Source: Octopus sinensis
Taxonomy: Eukaryota
DNA length: 64,000 bases
Direction: 5' to 3'
Assembly: GCF_006345805.1 (NCBI RefSeq)
Contig: NC_043006.1
Location: forward strand, 31,930,001 to 31,994,000
In this document: piece after piece, positions 1-12,070 of the stretch
Numbering within the stretch: the first letter of the stretch is position 1
Layout: the number at the start of each line of letters is the position of its first letter
Notes under the pieces: model-generated
Seen by the model: the letters and a program-made list of their open reading frames with translations, nothing else
What the model was told of the DNA's origin: nothing
Database searches by the model: none
Translations under genes and position numbers: made by a program

Positions 1-1815
1 TTCTTATAGTATTATTTTATTCTTTTATTCCTATTTTATTCCTTGTTTTACTCTGCCTTAAAGAGTCTAGTCAACCAAATCAAACTAAGTGTGTAGAAAA
101 GAAGAGGAAAAGTTATACGTTATCATTCATTATTGCTTTCACCTCAATTAATATTCAGTTAATTTTCTACCACTGGTGATTCAACATTCAAACAAGTAAA
201 ATACTAATGCTATAGTTCATTTCTTCTTTCTGTAAATCCACTTTGCTTTGAAGTTCATGTCATGTTCATATGCTACAGAATTAGTTGAAGGACAGCATTA
301 TCTTGACGACTCACTTGCCTTGAGCATACAGATGCAGATCTCTATCCATTTGACAGACCATGACACAGACTCACTTGCATACTTTTGTATGGTAGGAAAT
401 AAACTGCCTAGAAAATGCATCTAAGGCAAACAGCTTACATTTACAGAAATAAATTAAGAGATTGAGTAGATGTATGCATAGAAGTACAGCAACAAAGACA
501 AGAGCTTGTTGCATGCAAATTAATGTTTTATCAACTATACATTCATATACATACATATATATAATCATCATCATCGTTCAATGTCCACCCTCCATGCTGG
601 CATGAGTGGGACGGTTTGACAGGAGCTGGCCAGGCAGAAACCTGTGTGTGGGTGTGTGTGTGTACTAGCTTATATATGGAATGAATATCTCAAAAGGATG
701 TGTTATGATACTATTCTACAGCCATATCAACAATCCAATAATACTATTCCACATATACAAAAACAGCCATACCAACAATCCAACATACTTCCATCATCAA
801 CTTCGACACCTGGGCAATACCACTCAATCCGGCGGTGTATGTATATATGGGTGATATTAATTGCAGAGCCTAGAGCATAGGCAGTGGAACTTTGTAAAAG
901 AAATTACAATGGATTTTGGGGAAAGATAAACAGATACACAGACAGATTATTGTCTTGGAAATATAATATCAGAATCAATCGTCCCACCTTCATTTACAAG
1001 TGTAAGGTCTGTGGATCAGGTCTACATGCACCCATCAATAGCAATAGCTAAGGCAGCAGATACTTTTTCCAGCTGTAGTGATTCCAGTTGCCATGAATGA
1101 AGAAAGGAACCAAACTATTCTCTTATGCTTTCTTACTTCAGATGGTGCCACATTGTTTCTACACTCCTTTCTTTCCACCAGCTGACTTGTCAGCAACTTT
1201 ACCATTAGACTCCCAATGCTCTTGGAAGAATTATTTCAGGCAGCTTGCATACAGTTTGTACATAATGTTAAGACAGGCTACAGTTCTCTACCAAGACAGT
1301 GTTTTTATTCTTGGTCACAAGGTTTGCTCAATCTATGGCAAGACAACTTGATAAATCAATCTGGCTTTCCATAGTTATTTGTATAAATAGTTTTCTATAA
1401 AAAGTAAATGCCTCCTATTTGTAACTAACTATGAGATCTTTCTTCATGGTGCCTTCCTATTATCCATTATTTCCACAACATTGGTGAATCTTCCAACATC
1501 AATCTGCTGAGGTTGGTACCGTGTTTTGGCTTTTATTTTATCTGGCTATGTTCTATTTCAATTCAAATCCACACTTTCATTCTAGATCTTTGACCATTAT
1601 TAATTTAGATCTTCCTGAAAAGGGGCCTTTCTACAATGATATTTTCCTCTCTTACCCCACTCTATACAGTTTGTGAGTTAAAAGCAAACTCATGGCTTAT
1701 ACTGACTCATTGTAATACTTCTTCCAGTTGCAGAGTTTTTCACTCTCTAGTTTGAGTTCATGTTATTAATTTTCCCCCATATGTATCCACATACATGTAT
1801 GTATGTGTGGATATA

Positions 1816-2836
1816 TTAGGTTGTTCCGAAAATAATAGCCACGCTAAGTGTTGTGTTTTGAAATGCAATTTTATCATAGTATTTGAGTTATATTTTAGGT
1901 GAATTTTGACATACTTAGTAATTGATGTATGCTCTTTTATAATTTTCTACTTATTTCAGACAAAAAACATTCTTGAAGCATAGGTGCCCTTAATTATGAA
2001 CATGACAAAAAAAGGATCTTCGCTTACTTTTTTTGCATGAGTTCAAGCTTGGGTACAATGCCTCCCAAACTGCTGCCGATATCAACAGAGCATGAGGAGA
2101 GAGGCCCACAAGTGATTGCACAGTATGAAGGTAGTTTCAGAAATTCCATTGTGGTGATGAGAGCCTTGAAGATGAAGAAGGTAGAAGACGGTCATGCAGT
2201 CTTGACAATGAACAATTGTTGAACAAAACCCATATCAAAGTGTCAAAGAAATTTCTCAGGCACTTGGTGTCAGCAATGGTCCCACACAATCTGCAGACTG
2301 GTAAGGTTAAAAAGCTTGATAAATGGGTACCACATGAGTTCAATGAAAATCAAAAGGTTCGGCATTTTGAAGTGTGCTTTGATGCTCTTTCTGCAAAACA
2401 TTAATGATCCTTTTCTTGACCAAATAGTCACTTGTGATGAAAAGCGGATCCTTTATGATAACCGTAAATGATCAGGGCAATGGCTTGATTGTGATGAGCC
2501 CTCCAAACATTTCCCAAAGGCAAAGTTGCATCAACAAAAGATTATGGTGATTGTCTGCAATTGGTGTTGTCCATTGTAACTTTCTGGAATCCAATCAGAG
2601 CATTCCAGCAGAGGTTTACTGCAATTAACTCACTGAAATGCATGTTCACTTCCAAAAAATGACTCCTGCATTGGCGAATCAGCATGGCTCAATTCTGCTC
2701 CGTGATAATGCAAAGCCACATGTTGCAAGAATGACGCTGCAGAAATTCAGTCTTGGAATACAAGACTTTACCACATCCTCCTGATCATTCACCCACTGAC
2801 TTCCATTTTTTTAAAGCATTTAAACACCTTTTTAAG
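1816..2836 (+). mobile_element. Degenerate mariner transposon (Hsmar1/cecropia-like), left TIR plus disrupted transposase
   Basis: TA|TTAGGTTGTTCCGAAAATAAT left end; ATG at 1996; GKVKKLDKWVPHE, IVTCDEK.ILYDN, DNAKPH and SPTDFHFF motifs broken by stops and frameshifts. Confidence 0.9.
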
Positions 2837-2994
2837 TGGAATGGTAAATCTCTTCTCCAAGGTCTAAGAAGTCAAGAGCCAATGACAAGCACAGTCATGG
2901 TAACTGTTTTGGGGGATGACAAATATGTCAGTCTCCTTGAGTTTCTGGAATTGAGACACTCAAAAGGCTCATAGAGGTCATTAGGAAGAAGAGT

Positions 2995-3190
2995 TCCACA
3001 TTCACCATGACAGCACATGATCACATATCTTTGGCAACAGATCAGGCAATCAGCAAACGAAGCTGGTCAGTGGTCTTCTATCTGTTGTGCAGCCCAGATA
3101 TGGCACAAACTGACTTCCACTTATGAAGGACAGTCTTCAGGGGTAATAATTTGATGAAGCAGATGAGGTGAAAACAGCTGTGAAGAAGTG
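2995..3190 (+). mobile_element. Second mariner transposase C-terminal fragment
   Basis: HHDS..SH, SPDMAQTDFHL and GNNFDEADEVKTAV resemble the HDNARPH / SPDLAPSDYHLF region; this duplicates a region already present in the upstream copy. Confidence 0.65.
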
Positions 3191-3509
3191 ATGTACAGCA
3201 GAGTGCATCTGCATTCTTTTTTCAACAAGGATTTGAGAATAACTATGGAACAAATGTGATGGAGACAAAGTTGTAGGTTTGGATAAAGGAGTGATTCTCT
3301 ACCATTTGTTACCTATGGACCTCTTTCATTTCTCTTCACTTGGATGGACTCCCATAGCCATTCAATGTTTAAAAAAAATCCCATTATATTTTTATAATTA
3401 AATATTATTAGAAATTGTATTAAAAAAATTAAAATATTTTGTGTATTGCAGAAGTAAAACCAGTTTGGTGTAAAGATTGTTTGCGAACATTACATGGCAG
3501 ACCTAGTTT

Positions 3510-3810
3510 AGGATGAATGTTGCTGTAATTTAGCCCTAGGAAACATCATCTCCAGCTGGCTATACAACATGATCTGCATCCTTATATTTTCGAACAAGGG
3601 AATCTAGCACCCTCAATTAGCTCAAAACAATATCTGTGTATCACGATTTCCAGGTTATTTCCCTTCATCAGCATAGAATAACCCAGAAATTGCTTTGAGC
3701 TGAGTGGGGGTGCTAGATTCCTTTGTTCAAAAATATAAGGATACAGATAGTGTTGTATAGCTAGCTGGAGATGATATCTCCTGCGGCTAAATTACAGCAA
3801 CATTCGTCCT
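3510..3810. repeat. ~300-bp foldback element with ~120-bp inverted arms
   Basis: aggatgaatgttgctgtaatttagcc...gctcaaaacaat pairs with attgctttgagc...ggctaaattacagcaacattcgtcct; no TSD found. Confidence 0.88.
3633..3677 (-). ncRNA. Minimal type I hammerhead motif in the loop of a foldback element
   Basis: Minus strand: TCTATG CTGATGA AGGGAAATAACCTG GAAA TC-GT-GA TA CACAGA; stem I 5 of 6 bp (one A-C mismatch), canonical CUGAUGA, AUA triplet, stem II imperfect. Confidence 0.6.
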
Positions 3811-5399
3811 TGCTCCAAAGTACTGTTGCTGAATATCTCTCATGTGTGAGATTTAAAAATAGTAATTTTATAACCAGTTTATTGCAGATAAACTTTAACA
3901 ACAAAATCTTATACAAATCCCCAAGGGTTATTTGGATCCTGGTTCGGAACCAGTGGTATAAAGAAAGAGTTGCTCTACCAACCTGTGCACTTTGAATGTC
4001 TTATGACTTTTAATAAAACAAAAGCTGCATTACTTTTGGTTTAAACCTCAAGTTATCTGGTTACAAAGAAGTCTTCATTCAATGTTTGTTACAATTACCA
4101 TTCTGTTAAATAACTGGAAAGGAATGGCCATGTAGTTAAGAAGCACACTTTTAACTATGTGGTTTCAGGTTCAATCCCTCTGCATAGCACATTGGGCAAA
4201 TATCTTCTACTCTAGCACTGGACTGACCAATGTCTGAGTGAATATAATGGACAGAACCTGCGTGGAAGCCCATCATGTGTGGGTGTCTTTCCTACCACTA
4301 GATCACGAGTGTGTTGGTTTGTTTACATCCCCATAACTTAGTGGTGCAACAACAGACCGACCAAATAAGCTCCACACTAAAAAAATAGGATTAGTGGTTG
4401 ATGTGTTTCACTAAATCCTTCAAGTTGGTGTTCCAGCATGGCTACAGTCCAATGACTGAAAGCAACAGGAAATTCTAAACGTGAAGCAATGGACAACTGG
4501 AGAGTGATGATGGGTAAAATTGAACTAAATAGCTTTTGGTATTTTGTTATGTCCCTTTATGTTGAAATTCTCCAGAGATGAAACCGGTTGATAAAATAAG
4601 AAAAACAAGTTGAAGACAATCAACTATGGTCATCTCATGCCAACGTAAGGAACCTGTATTTCTCTTTTGTAATTACTGTAAGCCAATATCATCTGAAAGA
4701 AATTGTGTTGCTATATAAATGTGAATGAAAGTACTTTTATTGTGTTTCAATTGTCATACAACCAATCTTGTCTTTCATTTGCTAAACCAGCTTATGATGA
4801 TAGTGTTGGCTACAGCAGGGCAATGCACTTGATATGCAAAAAAAGGTAAAGAATGTGGCAGAGGTACCACGTAAAAAAGTACCCAGTACACTCTCTTAAG
4901 TGGTTGGTGTTAGAAAAGGTATCCAGCTGTAGAAACCACGCCAAAACAGACTGGAACCTGGTGCAGCCCTCCAGCCTTACCATCTCCTGTCAAACTGTAC
5001 AACCCATGCCAGCATGGAAAGTGGATGTTAGATGATGATGAAAAAGAAATTTAAAAGCACAAACTAAACAAAATGTAAACTTTCTGATTAGTGTAGCTTC
5101 TAATAGAATTGAGCAAGCAAAACTATAATAGCAGTACATCTATCCTTGTTTGCCATGGGGAGTGGGGTTAATAAAAAGACAAAAAGAAATAACCAAACAT
5201 TGTATTGGACACCAAACACTGACAAATACAGCATATAAGATGCAGCAGCCTTACTTTACTAGATTATTTTGTGGAAAAAACAAATTTAATATTTCTCATC
5301 ATACACTTCGTGTAGCATCCATAAATAGTTGCATAGCAATTTTTTATTACAACTAAAAGTAAAAAAAAAAAGCTTGTCTTATACACCAGCATGTGAGGT

Positions 5400-5590
5400 A
5401 TATCATCTCCACACACCATGTAAATAGGATGAATGGTGGATTCATCGACACCACACTCACGGCCCACAACAGCCAAGCTTCTACCATCATGTATTTTCGT
5501 GATTGTCTGACCTTTTTCCTTTAGACAATCCACCCATTTAGCTTTGTTAGGATCACTCACCATTGCATTTTTTCTCTTCACTGGTTCCAT
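5400..5590 (-). mobile_element. Tigger/pogo-like transposase N-terminal HTH fragment
   Basis: MEPVKRKNAMV...GRSLAVVGRECGVDESTIHPIY resembles the KRK...GRSLA...YGV.ESTI HTH_psq-type start of pogo/Tigger transposases; no catalytic domain seen. Confidence 0.55.
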
Positions 5591-6559
5591 TTTGATAAAT
5601 GCAAGTAAATCTGTTTGAAAAATATGCTGCTTTGCAGCATAGTTAAGTGAACACAGTCAGTGCATTCTGGGTAGCTAGCTGAGTATTGTGGGTGGTTGCT
5701 GGGGTGAATTTCTGCAGTGCAAGTAGAATCTTCAACTAATTGCCAACCCATGTTATCATCGATCAATCCATAACATGGTTCACATTTGAGCATATTAGGT
5801 TATCCCATATAAGTGATAGACGAGGCTCAATGTTCCAAATCTTTTTTTTAAGAAACCACTAAGCAATAATTTCACAGTAATATTAATTAAACCAAAATTC
5901 TTTTTGATTGGATTACAAGTTCTTGGTGAAATGAGTAAGACCTTGACCACCACAGAGGTCTAATAACTTGCCTTCCATCCTTGCTGAAACAATCAAAAAG
6001 AGGAATCAATGACCAATATCCCACATGTATCTTCTCCTTTTACTTGTTTCAGTCAGTAGACTGTGGCCATGCTTGGGCACTGCCTTGAAGTCTTAGTTCA
6101 ATGTTGATCCCAGCACTCGTATATTTTTTAAAGCCTGGCATTTATTCTATTGGTCTCTTTTGTCAAGCAACTAAGTTACAGGAACATATATACACCAAAA
6201 TATGTCGAGTTGGGGGACAAACACATGCATACACACATAACAGGCTTCTTTCAAGTTCCGTCTACCAAATCCACTCACAAGGTTTTGGTCAACCCTGGGC
6301 TACAGTAGAAGACAAGGTGCCATGCAGTAGGAGTGAATCCGGAACCATGTGCTTGGGAAGCAAGCTTCTTACCACACAGCACCTAGTCTACTCTATGTTT
6401 CATGCTAGGAGCAATAAAAATATTAACCCTAAACTTTTCCTTCTGGTCAGTATTTCATTCATATTGACTATCACTTCCACGATTTAAACCTTCAGCATTC
6501 AGATTATTGTATCAAATGTAAAGTTTATTTATTAAAATTGTCTCGAATTATTTACCTTA

Positions 6560-6780
6560 TTTACATTTGACAGATATTTGTCCTCATCTTGTTTGTTGTT
6601 AACATGTTTTGGCTGATATACCCTCCAGCCTTCATCAGGTGTCTTGGGGAAATTTCGAACCTGGGTTCTCATTCCTAAGGTATTTTTTTATGTTGTTTTT
6701 ATATCATTATTATTATTCAGGTCACTGCTTGGAATCTTGGGGTTAGTAGCCTATGCTCTTAACCACTACACCATATGCCC
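6560..6780 (-). mobile_element. Solo copy of the same tRNA-headed element
   Basis: Minus strand starts gggcatatggtgtagtggttaagagc and ends gaggacaaatatctgtcaaatgtaaa. Confidence 0.8.
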
Positions 6781-8472
6781 ATATTGACTTGAATTAATTG
6801 GGCATTATCTTTTAGCTTCAAGATTATTTATTTTGAAAATGACATTGTTGGATAGGTGCAAGAGACTAGATCTGGCAAGTTTGAACATAAAAAAAAAGTA
6901 GAATGTTTGGTTCTGATACAATTGATTTCAATGCTAAAGGGTTCATAATGTCCTTACCAAACTGGCAGGAACCTGCTGCACAGCTCAGAGCAAATGCAGA
7001 CATGGCTGTGTGACTAACAAGCTGCTTTGCAACCAGGTTATTTCAGGTTCAGTCCCACTGCATGGCACCTTGGGCGACATCTACTATAGTACTAGACTGA
7101 CCAATGCCTTGTAAGTGAATTTGGTAGATAGAAACTGTGTGGAAGCCTAATGTGTATAAGTTTGTGGCAGCTGATCCAGACACTGATCTCTAGGCTTTCA
7201 AATAAGCTAACTCAAGCCACTCTCTCTCCTTCCTGTCATTGTTGTTGTAATCTGACTTCTGTTTGTTGTATGTTTCCTTTGGCCTCCCACAGCTCCCCAA
7301 TTTTCCTGTCAGAATCGCTTTACCTTTAGTAACATTAATAAAGAATATTTATTTCCTTATTGCCCACAGGGGTTCAAACAAGGACAAAGGGATTAAGTCA
7401 ATTACATTGACCCCAGGGCATAACTGGTACTTGTTTAATTGACCCCGAAAGAATGAAAGGCAAAGTCGACCATGGCAGAATTTGAACTCAGGACATAAGG
7501 GCAAACGAAATACCACTAAGAATACTGCCAGCTCGCCGCCCTGACATTAATAAAGAATATTGCTTGTATCAAAAGCGGCAAGCTGGCAGAATCATTACCA
7601 CACCAGGAAAAATGTTGCCAGGGATTGACTTTGCCTTACACCCATTCAGGAACGATAAAATAAGTACCAGTTAGACACTGGGGTCAATGTAACCAACTTA
7701 CCTCCTCCAGCGAAATCACTAGGTTTGTACCAAAATTTGAACCTAATATTACCTATATCTATCAAACTGCTGATCTATTGATCAATCTTTCTCATTAATA
7801 TTATTGGCAAACAACCTAATTTCTCGGTTCTAACAATCTACAGTGTGGGCCAAAAATCACATATGACATCTTATTTTGATTGTCATGCGCAAGCATGTGT
7901 GTATTCATTATTTGATCTATCTTATTGAATTTTAGAAAGATTGAAGCATGTCTTTGACAATTCTGGAGTGTCTTTGAACTTATTCTGTGCATGACTTTTG
8001 GCCTACACTGTATCTTATTAGCAGTGATGGTAAATAACTTTTAAGATTTCTGTCAGGGATATTATGAAAGGGGGGGGGGGTAGTGTGCAACACATTCTTA
8101 CATTTCCACTCACCCCCACATTTGCAAAGAAAGTATAAGCACATGATGCACAAGTTTGCATATGTTTAGATATTTGTGGATGTATAGGTACGTTTCTATA
8201 GAAGTTCCTTGTCGGTCTGTGTATTTAAATGTGTCTGTGCATGTCTGCATACATACAGTAATCCCCTTGACTATCACAGGTGTTACCCCACCCCAGCAAT
8301 AGGTGAAAAATCCCTGACGTAGAAACAGCACTTATTCTTTTGTTTCAGTCATTTGACTGCAGCCTTGCTGGAACACTGCCTTTAGTCGAACAAAATCGAC
8401 CTTATTTGTAAGCCTAGTACTTATGCTATCGGTCTCTTTTACTGAACCACTAAGTTACTGGGACGTAAACAT

Positions 8473-8838
8473 AGGCACAAGGAGTGGCTGTGTGGTACGT
8501 AGCTTGCTTACCAACCACATGGTTCCGAGTTCAGTCCCACTGCATGGCAACTTGAGTGAGTGTCTTCTGCTATAGCTTCGGGCCTACCAAAGCCTTCTGA
8601 GCAGGTTTGGTAGACGGAAACTGAAAGAAGCCGGTCGTATATATGTGTGTGTCTGTACCCCCACCATCACTTGACAACTGCTGGTGTGTTTATGTCCCCG
8701 TAACATAGCAGTTAGGCAAGAGACCGATAGAGTAAATACTAGGCTAACAAAAAAATAGTCCTGAGGTCGAATTGTTCGACTAAAGGCAGTGGTCCAGCAT
8801 GGCCACAGTCAAATGACTGAAACATAAAGAAAAGAATA
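8473..8838 (+). mobile_element. tRNA-derived SINE with CORE-like segment (most abundant family; representative copy)
   Basis: gtggctgtgtggta...ggttccgagttcagtcccactgc...gcaacttgagtgagtgtcttctgctatagc...; further copies near 4125-4470(+), 6040-6385(-), 7010-7160(+), 8850-9050(-), 9700-9870(+), 44265-44420(+), 47723-48060(+), 48990-49325(+), 54830-55170(-), 56085-56300(+), 63660-64000(-). Confidence 0.85.
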
Positions 8839-10560
8839 CCAACATCAGTTTTCAAGTGATGGTGAGAGGACAAACACAGATACACACATACGATGGGCTT
8901 CCTCCAGTTTCCATCTAGCAAATCCACTCACAAGGCTCTGGTCAACCCGAGGCTATAGTATAAGACACTTGCGCAAAGTGCCACGTAGTGAGACTGAACC
9001 TGGAACCATGTGGTTGGTAAGCAAGCTACTTACCAGACAGCCACTCCTGCACCTATATGTGTGTGTATATATATATATTTTTATTATTGTATATATTTTA
9101 TTGTAAATGCAAAACAAAACCACAGAGGAATCAACATAAGCTTAAATAATTATCCAGTCAGAGAAACTATGCCAAATCCAAGATTGGAAGCTCAATGTGG
9201 CCTTGCAGTTCACCAGGTCACATCAAACCTTCCAGCCCAAGCCAGCAGAGAAAATGGATGCTAAATGACCACGACAACGATGGATCTTTGTGTATGTCCC
9301 CTATAACAGTTCAGTAAAAGAGAACAAATGAACAAGTACTGGTGTCAATTTGTTCAACTAAATTCCTCAAAGTGGTGTTCTAGCAGCTGCAGTTCAATTA
9401 CTGAGCAGAGTTAATTGAAAGGGACCCTCGTCAACTATACCTTAATTCTAGCCACCCATTTAATGTCCAATGTTTTACATCCACATTTTACTATTGTGTG
9501 GAATTGCTTTGCTTTTTCCTATGTCAGCATGTGCCATATGTATATATAACCGAGACAATGTTTTACAGTCAGATGCTTTTCCTGTTGCTAACCTTTACCT
9601 CTTATTCTAAGCAATCAGATAATTTGTTGACAAGATGATTCATAGCTCAGCAATTTTCAAAAAAGCAGAAATGTAAACACACACACGTTTATACATGCAT
9701 GTGTAGGCACGGCAAGAAGTTTGCTTCCCAACCACATGGTTTCAGGATTACTCCCACTGCATGGCATCTTGGGTAAGTGTCTTCTACTACAGCCCCAGGC
9801 AACTGAAAGCCTTGTGGTGGATTTGGTAGACAGAAACTGAAAATAGCCCCTCGCATATGTGTGTGTGTTACTGTTGCCATGACAATGAAACTTGTAAGTG
9901 AATATTACTGTTACGGAAGTGGTGTCCTTCATTACCTCCTAAGACATGTCTGGTCATTGGGAAATATTATTTTGCTTGTAGACAGGAAGAGCATCCAGCC
10001 ATAGAATAATCCACCCCAAATTCTGTTTCACCCATACATTGGAAAGTGAACATTAAATCACACACACACACACACACACAACAGGCTTCTTTCAGTTTCT
10101 ATCTACCAAATCCAATCACAAAGCCTTGGTTTGTGCAGGGTTACAGAAAACACTAACCCTGAACCTACATAGTTTGGAAATTCAACTTGTAAACCACACA
10201 GCCATGCATAAAGACAAGCTTCCACTCAATTTAATGAAGCAACAACTTTGCTGGCCAAACTCAAAGTAGTTCTTATCACAAATTTCTCTGTTGCAATGTT
10301 GTACATCTGAAAAGCTGAAGATTGAAATGAAATATCCAACACACTATTACCTTTTGTCCATCTGCAGTTGAGGCAAAACTTAAATCCTGCCAAAAAGGTA
10401 CCTAATTGCATGTGACATTGTGTCTTGCATTCTGAAACCTCACAGCAGTCAGAAAACCAAATCAAATGGCACTATATATTTTGGCCATTTCTCTAATACA
10501 TTTTATTTTTAATTGCTTAGTTAGGAGGAAAAGCAATGGCCATGACCCTTTAGAGAGCAT

Positions 10561-10562
<2 letters not shown>

Positions 10563-10622
<60 letters not shown>
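10563..10622 (+). repeat. (GA)n microsatellite
   Basis: About 30 GA units. Confidence 0.95.
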
Positions 10623-10626
<4 letters not shown>

Positions 10627-11039
10627 ATCCACAAACTGCAAACCTGGTCCAAACATTTGTAAGTGGAAACGCCATTGCTAAAGGCACCCAAGGGTTGCGC
10701 AATTAATTTAATTGCTCATTTGGTTAATCAATGGAAGCGTCCAGCATCCAGATTCAATATACAACGTAACAATAGCAACTGATGATTATCCTTATTTCAT
10801 GGCACTAATGCTGTTCTGGGTTCAAAAATGAAACTAAAGACATTTCAATGACTTTGCACAACGAGCTGTAACTAGTTGATACTCTGAATGTATAGTTTAC
10901 AGTTGGAGAAAGTCAACAGACAAAGATTTATCCCAAAATGATGCAATACTTATTGGTCAAACAGAATAAATAGGATTCCCAGGAGGAAAAGCAAAATTAG
11001 TTAATTGCTCGTCTGTCAGCAATGAGAATCTGGAAGAAC

Positions 11040-12070
11040 TCGGTGGTTTGTGAGAGCTGTGTACAGAGATGCAATCAAAGCTAGAGGTGAAAAGGAGTTA
11101 AGTGAAGATGTATATTATGCAGGGAGGTATACAATGTTCACTTCTCAGCCGTTCTCCTATTATAGTCCACCAAAGTATAACAAAGGAGTTTAAGACCAGC
11201 TGTTCAAGAGGACTATATACTAATGACTGAGTACTTACAGCAGAGTTTATGGAAGAATTAGAGGAGCAGACACAGAAACAAAAGACTAAAGTTTTAGTAG
11301 GTAGACAACAAGACAGGACTCCGCTGCCATCAAGGAAATGGATATTTAATAGTGGTAGAAATTCCATATTTGTACATTGATTGTGATCTTTGATAGTAGG
11401 ATCACAGGTAGGCTAACAAGCTCTGTAGTTGGTGGCACATGCACAGGAGTAATTAGCAGTGAGACATAATCATCCTCATTTTATTTCTGCTTTCCAATGT
11501 TTGGCTTGTGAACCTATACAGAAGCCGAGAGTTTCTATTACCAGGGTGAACAAAAGCAGTGAAGAAGGATGCTCTGAAAATATAATTGCCAGAATAAGAA
11601 CAGCTTAGGAAAGTTCAGGGAGTTACCTCTGCCAAACAGAGGATTTCCTTGTCAAACAAAAGGTAGAGTGTACAATGCTTGTGTACAAACTGTAATGCTG
11701 CATGGTAGTGAGAGAGATGGGAACAGGATGCAGTGAGTGTGTTAAAGCTTGAAAAAAAATAAATAATAAAGTGTGCTCCTGCTGGATGTAACAGGTAGGA
11801 ATATGAACAATGAGGTACAGATGAACTAAGTGGAATCAGATGTAGCATAGAAGAGGGAGATGAGTAAAACTATCAGAACATGTAATGCATAGGGATCAGA
11901 ACTGAGTAAAGAGCCAGCAGATCCTACATGGAAAGAAAGTGTGAAATAGGAAGACATGGGTAAAAATAGTGAAAAAGCTGATGTCAGGGTGCTGAAGTAG
12001 TTTGAGAAAAGTAAGCAATAATTGGTGGGATGCTGTGGAGAATACTCACCTGACCCATGCAAGCATAGGT
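11040..12070 (+). mobile_element. Highly decayed RTE LINE remnant
   Basis: Nucleotide similarity to the 45554-46549 copy (gtgagagctgtg...gagtttaagac; gctctgaaaatataattgccagaataagaacagct...ctgcatggtagtgag), ending in cccatgcaagcat. Confidence 0.7.
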
